DNA of 64,000 nt from Lepidodermella squamata (lineage: Eukaryota > Animalia > Gastrotricha), in NCBI GenBank assembly GCA_047495785.1, contig JBLDXI010000009.1, forward strand, positions 372,001-436,000, written 5' to 3'. This document shows, in pieces, positions 35,501 to 52,900 of the stretch (within the stretch, counting starts at the first letter, position 1; each line of letters starts with the position of its first letter). A program made the position numbers and the translations under genes. The notes below the pieces were generated by a model. That model was not told where the DNA came from and did no database searches. It saw only the letters and a list, made by a program, of their open reading frames with translations.

Positions 35501-37298
35501 CTCCTTGACGGCCTCGACGAAACCGCCATCGTCATCGTCATCGCCGCGTACATCGCGCACCGAAGGCGAGGATGACTTGCGGCTATGCTCGGCCGTGCTT
35601 GCATTCGACTTGGATTTGAGCAGAGGCTGGGCCTCGCGCGCCTTTATCGGCGTGCCGGGCGTCGAACTCAGCTTGGCTATCGGCGCCGGTGACAAGCGGT
35701 TCGACGGAACTGGCGAGCCGGCGGCCACATCTGAGGATTTATTTGGTGTATCACAGGGACGTTTGTCACTGGCTTTTTTGGTGCCCAAATCACTATCAGC
35801 CATCGCCTGTCATTGAAAATAAAATACAAGAATATGACGGACCTTCTTGTCAATTATGGTTTTATAACGCTATTTATGGACGTAGAATTGACGATTCTAA
35901 TTGACAGAAAAGCTCCTAGGGCAAGCGAATGTATAATCGTAGCGGAACAAAATATCAAATTTTGTAGAGAACAGGCCTTATAATATTATGTTATTCAATA
36001 GTAAGTAGGTCATGATTATATCTTTACTAACAACATCAGCTTATCAATAGAGGGATTCCGAACTTGGCTTTGCAAGCTGTTTGAGCTTTCAACTTCCGAA
36101 AACGGTTTCCAAGTAAAAAAGTTTCACGATGCAACTTGGTACTCGAGGACCAAGAAGGCTTCAGGTTAGCTTTTTATATGAAACGTAACTCTGAGTGTCG
36201 AGTCACTTATGAAAAACATTTTCCCGCTCATTTACAGACTGCGATATTCGAGGGATATTTCGAGATAAAAGCTAGTAAAAAGCTAAATTATTAAATAAAA
36301 TACAGACAAATATGGGCTTTTCTACTACCTTATTCTACCTACTAGTCTACGCAGGTGAAAGATCAGCAGTAAAAAGCTACGCCAGGAAGAGCAAAATCCA
36401 CAAACCAGGATGGAGTTAAGAATTTATGAACTAATGCGCAATTTCGCCGCCAAAGTCTGAATTCGTTCACGCTCAGATATTATTTGTCGTGAAAACAAAC
36501 AAAAAAACGCTGATTCTTTGTTGCGCGCTGAAAAAACAAAAGCACCGACCTGCGCGCGCGATCTGGCGCCGCCGTAGCTCGATCTATCGATCTAGCCTTA
36601 TGTTCATGCGCTGGTCGACACCCCTATCTGTTTGCCTTCACGCAAAACTTCCGCCAGCAGACTATCGTCAGCATCCTGAGTATGCTGGCAACTTTTCAAT
36701 GGATCAGACACATTATTTGATCTCTGACGGATTTAGAAATATAGAGGAAGTGACGATATAGTTTAGTACAATGTAAAAATAAAACCAGCTAATAGGCTTA
36801 TCGCGCATTTGAAAGTATTCTCGTGTCATCATTTTCCCGCTCTCTCACCTGTTTTTTGCTAGGTGTCGATGGGTTATTCGGCTTCGCTGCTTTTGCGGTC
36901 GCGTCTTTGATGGGTGTTGTTTGCTGTGAGATAGTCGTGACGTCGCGCAGGCAGTCACTGGTGGGCAGGTGTTCATCGTAGCCGGCCGTTTCATCGTCGT
37001 CATCTTCGTCAACCTCCGGGTGAGCCTCCGTCGGTGCCGACGCACGAAAATGATGCTGGCCACTTCGGTAAAACTCCGAGTCGTCACCGGCCTGCACTGC
37101 TTGCGTCCGCTTGCGTTTGTAGCCGGCGAGCGGCCCGGGCAGGCTCGTGCTGATGTGCAAGTTTTTCTTGTGCCCGGCCGACGGCTGCGGGCTATCGATG
37201 CCACTTACGGGTGACGTCTCGCCCCCAGCTGCCGATTTCGCGATGTTCGACTTGCCGCTATCAGCCCGGTTCTTATTGTACTTTCCGCGGCTCAGCAT
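32530..37298 (-). CDS. SLC6 monoamine (serotonin-transporter-like) symporter, divergent
   Basis: '[21 protein letters not shown]', '[10 protein letters not shown]', '[22 protein letters not shown]', 'YYNTIMAW', '[19 protein letters not shown]', '[10 protein letters not shown]', 'FVAYPEAI', 'LGLDT'. The upstream exon 37298-36849 splices in frame to 35806; that extension is less certain. Confidence 0.88.
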
Positions 37299-39051
37299 CA
37301 CTTATCACAAAAAAGTATTGTCAGCGTCGAGGGCCGGCTCTATAGTAGACGAATGGCGCAAAAATCATCATTATCATCGAGTATAATAGCCACAACAACA
37401 CCCTGGTGGTTTATAGATATATTTGGCAAGCGTTAATCTGAACCTGATGGAAACAATAACACGCAAGGGCGAGCAACCTCGCTCGGGCTACACCGCAGCG
37501 TAATCGCAGGTGAATATTGTAAGGTGTCATATTATGTAGTTATGTAGACAATCGCGCGGTGTCTGGAGTAAAAAAACTCACCTGAGCGCGGCGGGCGAAA
37601 GCGTCTGGCTAATCGCCACCGATGTATATTTTGCTTACGACAAAAAACCGTTGCAACTCGCAAAAACAACAGAGGCATACTTACAAACACACACACACAC
37701 CGACGAAGAATCAGCACAACGTGGCCGATAATAATAATGATGAGCAGATCGCAGCGCAGGTGGAAAATAACGCACTAATCCGAGCGAGGTATCGCAGCGC
37801 GAAGCCACAGAACCTGGTGCGGCGATAACCTCATCGCTAATTTGCTAGCATCATGAACATTATAATACACTGTTCTTACAAATCGCAGCCATAATAAATC
37901 AAGAAGCAATGTGGGTATAGAGGGAGATGGGAGGGAGAGAACGCAAAAAAACGATGCAGCCGCCATGATAAACTTGCGCGCGCCTGGGCGCAAGTGCCGC
38001 GCGATGAGGTGACCCGCTTGTGTCATATCTTCTTCCACTCGGAATTGCTCGGGCATCAGCTTTTATCGTGGCTGCGAATAATTTACTAGGATGTGCGCGG
38101 CCGACTGCGATGGCATGTGTTTTTTTCTCGCCAGCAGCATCCTGAGCGAAGAGCTCAAACCTCGGCGCTCAGATCGTTGTAATAAATAAATTGCGTATAA
38201 CGATTGCCCTTTCCGTGTCTCGCGTGTCTATAACGCGTGTCTTTTATTTATTAATCAAAATTGCCTTTATATTGATCACTGATTGCAAGTGACAACCCGA
38301 TCGACTTGGCTGAGCGAGCGATTTGACTTTAATCCATCACTTCTGCCTCGCAGACGCGCGGCTGCTGCGGCGCTTTTAATGCGCGACATCGCGGCCGGCG
38401 TTGTTGCCAAGGCGGCAGCGGGCACATAGACAACAATAACGGCGACGTAGAAGCCGGTCGGTCGGGTATGCATGCGGCTACTGCGCCTCCCGCTATCTCT
38501 GTCTCTATCTCATACGATGATACGTTTGCACTGTCGTCTTTTTGCGCGCAATCCCTCGAGGCGGTCGCGCAACCGGCCGCCTCAAAAAAGCTGCCGTTGC
38601 AAGTGACGAGTGGCGCGAAAAAACGCCAAGTCAAACACTAACCGAGTTGATTAAGATCGACGCGCGCGCGGCGTGGCAAAAAAGCCGTGCGCGATATGCC
38701 AAGCGCACGCGCCTCCCAGGGGCAATTTAAAAAAGGCCACTCGAGCGAAACAAAAAATGGTGTCAAATCAGAGCTGTCGATGCCGGCACTCAACGTCACT
38801 TGTCAGCCAGCGTCATCATCATCGCACAAGACAAGTCAAGTGCCGCTTCTCATTGACTTTTAAATTAGCAACAACACGACCGTCTTGTTTTCAAAACAGC
38901 CGAGTTCGCGAAAACTTTCGCACACCGGGACAATGATATTTGGGACAAAAATAAGCAACCCAACATGTGGTGGTGGCATGTATTGCGGCGTTTTATTTCT
39001 CAGCTTCTTGAAAAAAACCAGGGCATGATAGGAAAAATTCTCTTATAAGTT

Positions 39052-40349
39052 TTAGTCATCGTCATCTTCGTTCGCTGTCTTCGGCTTCTCCGACATGGGC
39101 ACGCCACCGCCTGCGGCACCGTCGGGCAAAAGTTGCTCGGCTTGAGTTAGTGTTTGCCGATGGGCACCGTGACCTGCCCCGATTTGATGCTTCGAACCGA
39201 CGCGCAGGGGTTGCTGATTGATGCGCTCGAGCAAGTTCAGCATTTCCGGGTTGACATTAATACCAGAAATCTTCCAAGCAAGATGCTGAAAGTCGGCAAT
39301 TTCCAAGTGATCTCGCTTGAATTCCGGCAGATTTTCCGTATCTTCAGTCCTAATATAATGATCCAAATTGAAATAGAGGGTTAAAACTCCAGATTATAAC
39401 TTACACAAAATTTGGGTAAAGAATTCGTTCGGCCAAAGCACATATCGCAGAGAATAACTGCAGGTCAACTTTGGTTTCTTCTGTAATTTTCGTGACATCA
39501 AGCAGCATCGGCAAATGCTTGTTTCGGTCGAACGTTGTAATAAGAACGTCACCAACGGCCTTTTCAAGCTCCTATTGTCATATAATTCCCTCTTAAAATT
39601 GACATTTCCAGGCAAGTTCCAAGCACATACGTTAAAGCTGATGGCGTTGTTTTTGTTCTTGTTGTTCATAAACACCTTGTTGTAAATCTGCTGCCGCTTG
39701 GGCGTGATTCTCGTGAACGATCTAAGATACTTTTCAGGTGTCATTGCTGATGAGGAACAAAATGTATAAGGTTCAACAACAAACAAAAGGACAGACTCTC
39801 AAGGGAAAGCAAGTCGATGGGCAATTCGTATCTGGCAGCTTGCTCCGACAGAGCTAACCGGCCTCGAAGCCACGGCGTTGATCGGAAACGCTTTAAAAAG
39901 CGAAAGAAAACTCGGTTATTTTACGAATTAGATTTTCTTAAATTCCTTACCTTGAGTTCTTCTTCCAACTCTTTTTTGGACTTTCCCGACGGGCCAGGTT
40001 CAGCTTGTTCGGCTTGCTGGCTTTCCTGTCGATCAGAAGCGTGTTGAAAAATGCTTAGAGCTCGAGCTACTTTCAACGCTTTGCCCCATTTAGACGACAC
40101 TTTAATTTTATGCCCCGGGTGGTCGTGGCTTGAGTTGGCAGCGCAGCCTTGTGGCAAAAATAGTAGGGACGGTACGTTGTCAACCGCGGCCGGTAGTGCA
40201 CTGGCCGACGAGGGGCGCCGCCTCAAGTTGACCCCAGTTGGAATATTCAGAAAAAAGTGGTCATCTTTACTGACGCGTTTACCCTCCCTCCCAGCCGACA
40301 TAGGGCGACTAGGCCGAGTGCTCTTACTCACGGCTTCTCTACTCGCCAT
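39052..40349 (-). CDS. Uncharacterised multi-exon protein
   Basis: ORF pieces 40349-, 39.89-39.80, 39.75-39.63, 39.57-39.40 and 39.35-39.05 kb are bounded by GT-AG sites and read as coherent protein ('SEQAARYELPIDL', 'MTPEKYLRSF', 'ICALAERIL', 'LEIADF'). Confidence 0.7.
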
Positions 40350-41214
40350 GTTTCAACATTTTCAGTTCAAAAACTTTGAGAATCAGGGATAGGGGCATAA
40401 GGCGGGTTTAATAGCTAGCTCGCGTGAGTCATTATAGTATCATTTTATATTATACTTACATCTTTCATGGGCGGTGAAATGTCCATTTTCAGCCTAGGTG
40501 CTGATGTTGCCTTCGAAATTCAGAATCTCTCCAAGATAGTACAAAAAATATCCAGAAGCCAGTAGGGAATTCAGAAAATGTCACGCACTAGTGGGGAATA
40601 AGTTCCTCTAAATTTTTTCTTTTCGTTGATTCAGTAATAAAAAGCAGAGCACTGCTCTTATTTACAGGTTGCGGCTAGTCTATAATATTATACTACACTA
40701 CTGTGATATATCGCGTGAAGGCCAAAACTAACTGTGCATAAAAGGCGCCGTTGTCAAGGACGCCGCTGATCAATAGCGCGCTGCGTTTGTAGTAGTAGTA
40801 CATAAACGCATACAGGTGCCAATAAAATTTCCATCAGTTATATAGCCGTAAACACTGCTACAAACTGCTCCGATAAATTAGCTTACAGGTATGAAAAAAC
40901 CGCAATACAATTAAGTTTTTAGCGGCGCGCACTCGAATAATGATTAATAACTGTTTCGTCGGAGTCGGAATATATAGGCGAAATCGATAGGTAATTGGTT
41001 TTGCGGCGGCAACTTCTTTTTTCCAGCCTAGTTAAAACAAGCCCGAATTTACTTTTCGTTAAAACAAGGCGGCTGGATATTTGCTGAAAGTTCTGGATTC
41101 TATTAAAGGAGTCGGAAAAATTAAACTGACAAACAAATTAAAAAGGACCGATTCCAAATTCCAACTTACAGATTGTCTAAGAGTGAAATTTCCCGACTGA
41201 TTTCGGTTGAAATC

Positions 41215-44237
<3,023 letters not shown>

Positions 44238-44416
44238 GTAAAAATAAGATTCTTATCTCTTTTTAAGAGAGCGTTTGATAGTAAAACTAGCAAAAGCTTT
44301 GAGGTACAACTCCCGACATTCATTTGCATCTGTCATTCAAAATCAATATCTCGTAAGGTTACTTGTTTTAAAATCATTGGGAATAAAGTTGAAATAAATT
44401 GCATGTTTGCTGTTAT

Positions 44417-46584
44417 TTAAACTATAAGGGATTCCAAGAACCGAAGTTGCGGCTCGGCTGTAAGAAATCGAGGCGGCTTGTATTGGTTGATGACGCTATT
44501 GTTTCGCTTGAGGTTGAATTCTCTGAACGCATTGAAGCCTCCCTTCTTTATCGTGAAAACCTAAGGAGAACAGAATTCACTATTACAGGACAATTTTATC
44601 ATTTTAATGGACCTTTGGTGAGATGATCGCGTTTCGGGAGCGATAAACATTGTACACTCCGTTTTGTTCCATTAGCTCCTTCTCCAAAACTTCTGCAACT
44701 TTCGCGGGCAACGGATTGTCATTGCCGTCGGCTTCGACAAATATGACGTAAAATAGATCGGATTCTTTGACTAATAAACATCAAATTAGTTATAAGCAAA
44801 TCAATTGTTTATACAATATTACATCCGCCAGCCCTTTCTGGAAACATCGAAACCCAAACGTTGCTTAAAGTTGTCGTGAATTCATGGAGAGAACCCACTC
44901 CAGCGGCAGCGAGCCCTTTCTTGATAGCAGTCATCATCAAATCTTCGCCGACTTTCTCCCCAGCCAAGTCCAACAGGCTTCCCATCCGCCCGCAATAGCG
45001 CATTTCAGGAGTTTTACCTCTCAAATTGACGCACTCTAGGAGATCGCCGATTCGGTATCGGTAGAACCCAACTATGGTTGTGACTATCAATTCGTATCGT
45101 TTGCCAACTTCAAGCTCCTCCATGAAGTAAATTCTCGGATTCTCAGCATAGATTTCACTTTCTTCGATGAACTCGAACACCGCTTGGTTTGGAGACAACG
45201 TAAACAGAGGCTCATCTGTGCCGAATGGTGTGCACAGCTCACCGAGGTTTACGGAGTAGAAAGTTTCACTAGAGCCAATGCCGCCAGTGAAAAATCGCAC
45301 GTTAGTACCACAGTACCATTGCATGCGGTCTCTTTGAAGTTGGTGAGATCCAGAAACCGCGACGCCCATGTAGGCTGTAATTTAAAGGTTGTACAAAGGC
45401 GCGATGGAGCATCATCTTTCAACTTACTCAACCTGGGCCAAAGGCGACCTACAACTCCTTCAGCTGACTTCTCAAAAGCTGCTTCAATTTCATCAGCTCG
45501 CTCGGGATCCGCAGGAAGCTGACCTTGGCTTAGAATTGATTCTTTTATATCCTGAGGAATAGATGGTGGTCCTGTAATCGTGCCGTTTCGAATGTCATGC
45601 GCGTAGGATCGCCAATGTTTCTCAAGTACGGAAAGCGCCCCGAGAACACTCCCCGGAAAAACTCCCTCGATGCCGATCAAATCGCGATCAGACAATGCAA
45701 AGAGCCACCTCAGGTAAAATTGAGCTTCATCCTCGAAGTAAATTGTGTCGACTTGCTTCGGGTAAACCTTGGCCTGGAAATAAGCTTCATTCTTGAAGCT
45801 CGGCGGATAAACGGAAACAATGCTAATACGATCACCCGCTGGTGTGAACTTCGGCTTTGTGGATATCGCAAGCGATATTGATTTGAGTGGAGATAACCAG
45901 TGAACTGTCTTGAAGCGCTGAGTTACGGCATAGCCAGTCATAGCCATCTTGAGGCCCTTCTTATAAAATGTTGTGCTCGCCGGTAAGAGCTTGGGTTTTC
46001 CTAGATTCATTAAATGTGTTATATTGGCCTGATATTCGAAAGTTTAACATACCCGTCGTTCCACTCGATGAGTTGTACAGTTCGATCGTATCCGATGTTA
46101 TTAGATTAGTTTCGCCGTTGTTGACCATTCGTTCGATGTAAGGCAAATAGGTGGAATATTCAGTCAATGGATGAAGGCTCTGCAAATCTTTGCGAGATTT
46201 GATCTTACCAATATTGTTGGCTCTACCGTATTCAGTGTTTGCATTCATGTTAACAATCTCACGCAATAGCTCCTCTTGTACAGGACCAGGATCCGGCAAT
46301 GATTGCTGCAATTTTTTCAGCTCCTTTTGGCTGAGAATACGCAAGGTCAGATTGTAAAAAGCATGAATGAGAATTCCTCGAATAGATTGATGGCGCTTAG
46401 AGATCGGAACAGTCGCAAGGCGAGCGAGGAAAAGTGCTGCACCCAACAAGACGATTTCGGCCAGTAGCACCACCAATCGGCTCAGAAAGCAACAGCTGCT
46501 GGTGACATTCCACATAAATCTGGCGAACAGCAGAATCGCAACAACAGCGCCTAAAAGACGCGTTGTATAGTGATTGGTTTCCAT
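44417..46584 (-). CDS. GHDC: GH3 domain-containing protein (adenylate-forming GH3 family) with N-terminal TM helices
   Basis: 'NANTEYG', 'PLTEYSTYLPYIERM', 'SSSGTTGKPK', 'FEFI', 'GFYRYRIGD', 'GEKV', 'QYKPPR'; four short introns reconcile the ORF frames. Confidence 0.88.
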
Positions 46585-46983
46585 GAAATTTTGCTTTGAT
46601 CTAGCAACTGATCCTATTCTATTTCGAGTTGACCCTCTTTCTTCTTGTTGTCGTGGACAGATAACAAGAGCTTATCAATAAAAGATTTAGAATGGGTACC
46701 GCATTTTATGCATCACCTTATCGCTTCTTATCTTCCATACTGATATAAGTAACACGAAAATGTCTGAACAATCTTTGGCAATGCAGCGAAGGCGAAATTG
46801 AACTTTGAGCTTGGTACCTTGAACCGCTGTAAATGCGTAATTTCAGCGCTAAATGTCAACAATGTACCGCAATAAAGTATTTGTGCTTTATTTTGCAAGT
46901 TGAACTTAAAAAAGAATGCATAAAACATGAAAAAATCCAGTTTAGAGAGTGTTTTATCTAACTGCAAACATTGTCGGGCTGAC

Positions 46984-49900
46984 TTAGGCCTGAAAAAGAG
47001 AAAATTTTGTTAGAATAAATGATAACATCAACATCTATATGATAAGTACCTGACTGTTATTAACAGGCGTCTCGTTATTTGTGCCGCTATCATCTCTGGA
47101 TTGGGCACCTCTTACGACGAATTCTCGTATAGCAGCAACGGCGTTATTTGGGCTGAGAAAGGCACTGTCCAGTATTCTCAAATTATGCGAATTAGCAGCA
47201 TTAGGTTGAGAAGATGGAGAATCGAATGGGCGATTGGCTGCCAGCAAGTTAAATGCGGACCTCGATGAATTGAACAATGTCTGAGCACTGGAGTTGGCCG
47301 CCATAGCAAGTTGAGATCTGCCATCCATTTGACGCATCAGATGCTCATTGTTAGATAATACAGTAGCTATCGGTACATCAAAGTAGAATCCCCAATTATC
47401 CTCTCGATCAACGTAGTTAGGGATCTGTTCTCCGGAATTGAATGTCGCCAAGGGATTAGATGTGAAATAGCCTCCAATAGCCTGGACGAGATTATGAGCC
47501 GAAAATTTCGTCATTTCGACATTCCCTATCTTAGAGTCTGTTATAGTGACTTCACCCCTTTCAGAGCCTATTATGGTTCTCATCGGCTCGTCAGAGCCAC
47601 CTGTAACCCGGCTCGACATCAGATCTACTCCGTCACGGCCCTGAATTGTAGTGCTTCCACTTTCGGTGGAAATGCCTGAGTCAACGGCTGTCACGGTGCC
47701 CCCAGCTATGATTGAGGTTTGCTGGCCTCCTGCTACATTGGATTTATCCATTGAAATATTATTCGATGCTGTGACATTGAGAGACCGGCCCGAGGTCAAA
47801 TGAGCACCTGAGAGTGTTATATTCTGACCGGATTGAAGACTCGAGTCGGCACTCGGTCCATTAGCCGCTATGACATTGAATGATCGTTCACTGCTCTCCT
47901 GCCATTGACGGCTGTACTCCCACATACCACCAAACCATTTCGTTGTCTGTTGAGTCGTCGTCGTCTTCTCGACATCTTGCATTTTAACGCCACCGGCAGC
48001 TTGAACATTGAAGCCGTCCGCCGCTTTTATATTCGCAGATGTGTTCTGAACTTGATTGCCAGCTCGAACTGCGAAAAATCCATCTGTTTCAACATTAGCA
48101 CCAGCAACTCTTGTTTCCCAAGTGGTTGTAGACGTTTCTCCAAACCAAGTCTTTTCGTCTGTTTTACTGGCTACAGCTTGATAAGAATCAGCCTCCAATC
48201 GGACGTCTCCTTTCGCGGCGTTCACCAAAACATCTCCTCCAGCTTTGACGTTGGTACTTCTGAGAACAATCGATCCATCCTCGCTTTCGATTATAACTCC
48301 CAAATTTCGGGTGACGTTGCGCCTAGTTTCGGTCCCAACACTCTTTTCAACGGCTTCGTATGGTCTACCTCCTCCAGCCTGAACAGAAGTGCTGAGAAGT
48401 GATTGCTCGCTGCCGCCATTCATGCCTTGAATAGAAACATCCCTTTGAGCACTCAGGATTATACCCTTATCACCGGTAAGTTTTGATGCTGTCAAATTCA
48501 CGTTGCCTTGATCGCTTCGAATGCCAACTTGACCATTAGCTGCATCAATCTTCGCTTGATCCAGGCTGACATTGCCTCTTGCATGAATAACGACATCCCC
48601 AGACGCAGAAGCTGCATTCGAGTTGTTATTCATCGTAACGTCACCGCCATTTGACAGGAGAGCCACTCCTTGGAGGCCTGTAACTGAGGCTTGGGACCCG
48701 ATGGTAACGCCACCACTTTTAGCCATAAGAACAGCTTTTCCCGCCTCTGCTGAGACTGAAACGCTGTCGGCAAGATTGACGGCATTGTTTGCAACGAGCC
48801 GAACATCTCCAGTTGTGGCAGAAATATTGGCCTGAACGTCAACTGAGTTGGCGTAAATCCCAATACCATGTTTCATTTGTAGCAGCCGGTCAATGATAAC
48901 GGTCTGGTTCGGAATCTCCAAGTTTAACGCTTGTGTCACCTGCAGCTTCGAATAGCCGTTGGTTCGATAGAGAATGGCTTCAAGATTTTCAAGATTTTTC
49001 TCAGCTCTGATGTCCAACTTTCCGAAAACCTGATCAGCTACAGTATCAAGATTAACAGTATCCGCGTGAACCTGGGCATGAGCAACATTCATCGAACCGC
49101 CCAGGGTTGCTGTAGATGAACCTTGGACTTTCAAATAATCAGCGGTTACCCCTCGAGCGGAAGAAACGTCGCCTTGAATGAAAATTCTCTCAGCCTTGGA
49201 ATCGGATACCGATGCTTGACCTTGAGCCGTCGCAGCAATTTCACGAGTAGCGGACGAGTCTGAGATGAAGGCATTTCCAGAAGAACTGCTGGCGATAATA
49301 CCCGCAGCTTGATTAATCCCTGCCACCCTGGCGCCAGACGCGCCCGATGCGCTCACTGTGGCAGATGACGATGAGTTTGTGATGGAAGCAAAGCCTTTCT
49401 GTGAAATAGCTTCAATTTGCCCACCTTGCTGACGCGTGATGAAGACATTATTGTCAGCAACTGCTTTCAAGCTTTGAGAAGCATCGTTATCGTGGGCAAC
49501 AACTGAGGCCCCCTGCAGCTGAATGTTGCTGGCTTCCAGCCCATGAACATGAAGGTCTGTCTTAGCCGACGCGGAGATGAAATCAGCTTTTGAATCGAAA
49601 ACATTGGCACTGCCGGAATCAGCAGTAACAAGCAGCTTGGATTTCGCAAATGAATCTGATACAAGTGCATTGCCGTTATTTTGAACAATCGCTCTGAAAT
49701 CGCCATAGGCCATGATATTTCGAGCAACAAGATTGTCAGCTGCAAGACGGACATTATCTGCCGCCATTATCTGGCCCGTTGTCTCCAAATATCGAGCACT
49801 TACTATGACATCCATAGCGGCCAGAATTCTGCCATGATTCGTGAAAGAACCTCCAACGTAATCCGCCATGTAAGATCCTGCTGCCAGGACCATGCCGTCA

Positions 49901-52900
49901 TTATGTCCATAGAAGCCACGATCAGTAACACTGAATCCAACTCGAAGCCCTTCGTTCATGGAAAAGATTGACGTTTCGTTGAGTGACGGCAGGAGGTAGT
50001 TTCCAGCCAATAAGTACGCAGCCTTTCCAATATCAACCGCGTCGATTTCATACCCGGTCGGTACCTGCTCCAGGTAAGAGTTATTGAGTACAACGCCTTG
50101 GTGGATTTCCCGCACTCCAGCATCGAAAATTGTGTAAGCTGACACGCAATCCACGACAATTCCAATTATATCGGTCAGCTGAATAGGCATGTCTACGATG
50201 CCATTTTCCCGAATCTGCTGAACCATAGCTTTGATCTTGACAACCAGAGTGAAGAAAGTTTTGAATAACCCAAGCAACATTAGACCAGCCTGAGCAATCA
50301 TGACAGCGGCTCGAGCTTGCGGTGGCAGAATTTGTTGTAGGGTGGTCAACAAACAGTTCACAATATGAACTGGATTTTTGAGGAGCTCTTTGGTCGGAAG
50401 AGTAGGCAAGGCTGCGTGTAGTAGCTCAATCTTGATGATAGCTCTTATGAATCGCGAAAAAGACAAGGTCACGCCGACAAGCAGAAGCGAGATGATTCCG
50501 CTTATGTTCAACAAAGGTGCGTGAATTACACCCAGGTTGACGAAGCACAGACAGGTGACGGAAAAGGTATTCCATGCGAAAATTGCTCCGACGTTGACAG
50601 CTATCACCTGAATCGCCATTTGTATGTTGGCAGATCTTGCCGCGGCAAGAAGATTAGCGAACACCCATGCGTTAACATTAAGCGATCGGCTAGCTTCGAT
50701 GTCCTTTGTCACGGCGAAAATTACAATCTTCGCTTTCACAACTAGGTCCTTGCAGTGAACCTTTCCGCGGATGATGATCATTGGAAAAACAGTCAGCATT
50801 TCCTTGAGGTTTTTACCAAACTGCTTCAATTTGCTCTCTTCTTCTGCAGAGAACTTGTCTGGAGGTTTCTCTCCGTCGCCTGGAGTTTTGACTGGGGCTT
50901 TCTTTCGTTCCAACTTTCCAGCTTTTAAAATTAGGCCCTTCTGACAGTCAATAGCACCTTTCTTGGTTACCTTCAGGGACTTAATCGCATGAACCGACAA
51001 GCTTTGGCAGTTGATATTGCCAGAAATCTTGAACTTTAGTGTAACAACGGCGACGTCACATTCCGCGCATTCAATCAGCCCTTTGATGACCGTTTTGCCA
51101 TCGTCGCACATAAGCATCAAGTTCTTGGTGGCGTCAACAGATATGACGTAGCCATGTAGTTCCAAGCTCTCCATTCCAGCGATAAAAATACTTTGCTTCG
51201 GAGGTTTTTTGGCCAGTGCGGCCTTTTCCATGGCAAGTTTGCTGAGATTCGGCATGAAAGTTTGCACAAATGGGTCTCCGAAAAACGCAGACGCCGCATA
51301 CATAGCAAATTTCTTGCTTTTCTTCAGCTTGGGTTTCTCACATGCAGGGCTCTGGTCTTTTTCGTTATGAGTTGATTCTTTAGAATCACATGATATTGGA
51401 GAGCCAAGTATCAGTCTAGACGTTTCACTGCATAACATGGTTTTGCAGATGATATTGCCGCTTGGTAAAGAAACTGATCCATGGCACTCAAACCGGCCGG
51501 ATTTCATCTTCAAGGTTCCATTGAAACTTGCAAAAGCTCCTTGTTCGACAAATAGAATACTCAGTTCATTGAAAAGAGGAGCTGAGTGGAATAAGGCATG
51601 AAGGCCCTGGCTCAAGCGCAGTTCGGTCACATCCCAAATCACGACTTTTTGAGCTTCGATCGTGTTGACGCTCATTGAAAGACTAGCGACATTTTCCAGA
51701 ACAAGCTCGTGCACAATAAGGCTGCCTGATCCGACAAGACTAATCGACGTATTCGGGGAGGCCGCCAGAATTTTCAGCTGGCCAATAACAACATTGCCGT
51801 TAAAGGCGATCTCCGCAGGTCGCTCTTCATTTGTTCCTCCTAGCACCCCCATTTCGCATTTTCCAAGGAAAACGTCCTTGGTGAACTTCAAGCTAGAACC
51901 AGTCACAAATCGTGCGACTCCCTGTTTGCCCAAGTCAATTGGACAAGATGTGATCAGCTCGCCATCTTTGCATCCGAGTTGAGCAAAAATTAGCAGTGGC
52001 TGCAATTCTTGTCCGAGTTTGATATTCAGCTTCAACCGCGATGAATTGTACGCTTTCACAATTAATCCACGGCTTGATTCCATTGTGCCGCTCACCTTCG
52101 TGTCGCCATGATCATATAGCTCAACGTAAATGCTGTCGGATTTGCTCGTCAGACGGCCGTAGTAGTTGTCCAGCCTTCTGGCTATCACCCGGATCGGGCC
52201 GTCTGATTCGAAATTGCCATCATTAATCACAGTTGCCGCGCAACCGACTGTCAAAGAGCTATGGCCGAGCAAACTTGCGGATTTGAAAAATTCTAGATCT
52301 TCTTTAGCTGCGATGATGAGGTTGTCGGCAGTGAGCCGGCCACTGTTTTTAATCGAGGATCCGCCGCGAATCATTAGGTTTGTTGCCTCGACCCGAGATC
52401 TATTCTTTAGTTCAAGCCCCTTCACAGCACTGATTTCCAGCTGGTCACCAAAGATAGAAGCGTCTTTTTCAAGAGCGAAAGTTCCTGAACATTTCAGCGA
52501 ACTCATCTTCGCCAATCTCATAGTGCATGAAGGATGCAGAGAGATCGCCTCGCCAACATGGAAAACCAGAGACTTGGCTTCCCCGGTAGTGGCGATGGAT
52601 CCTTTTTGATCCCAGTGACCTTCGACTAGCAGGCGAAAGTTCGTTTCCCCTGGCTCAAGGCTGAGAATACTACCCGGTTCTGATTTTAACTCACGGCAAG
52701 ACAGTATAAATAACTTTGTTGAAGAATTAGGACGAGGTGATAGATGAACACGGCTTCCTTTTAAAAGCCGCAGGCAAGAATTTGGAGCGGTAAGTGCATC
52801 CGTAAATTTGGCTTCATTCGATTGAATAATCAACTCAGAATAGCCCGAAGCCTGGGAATTTTTGATAATGGCAGCAGTGAAGGGTCCGTTTAAATGAATC

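Noticed and set aside
45249-45430. Apparent frameshift between overlapping GH3 ORFs
   Set aside because: A ~50-nt GTAAGT...TTACAG intron restores the frame (RL-T-YMGV).
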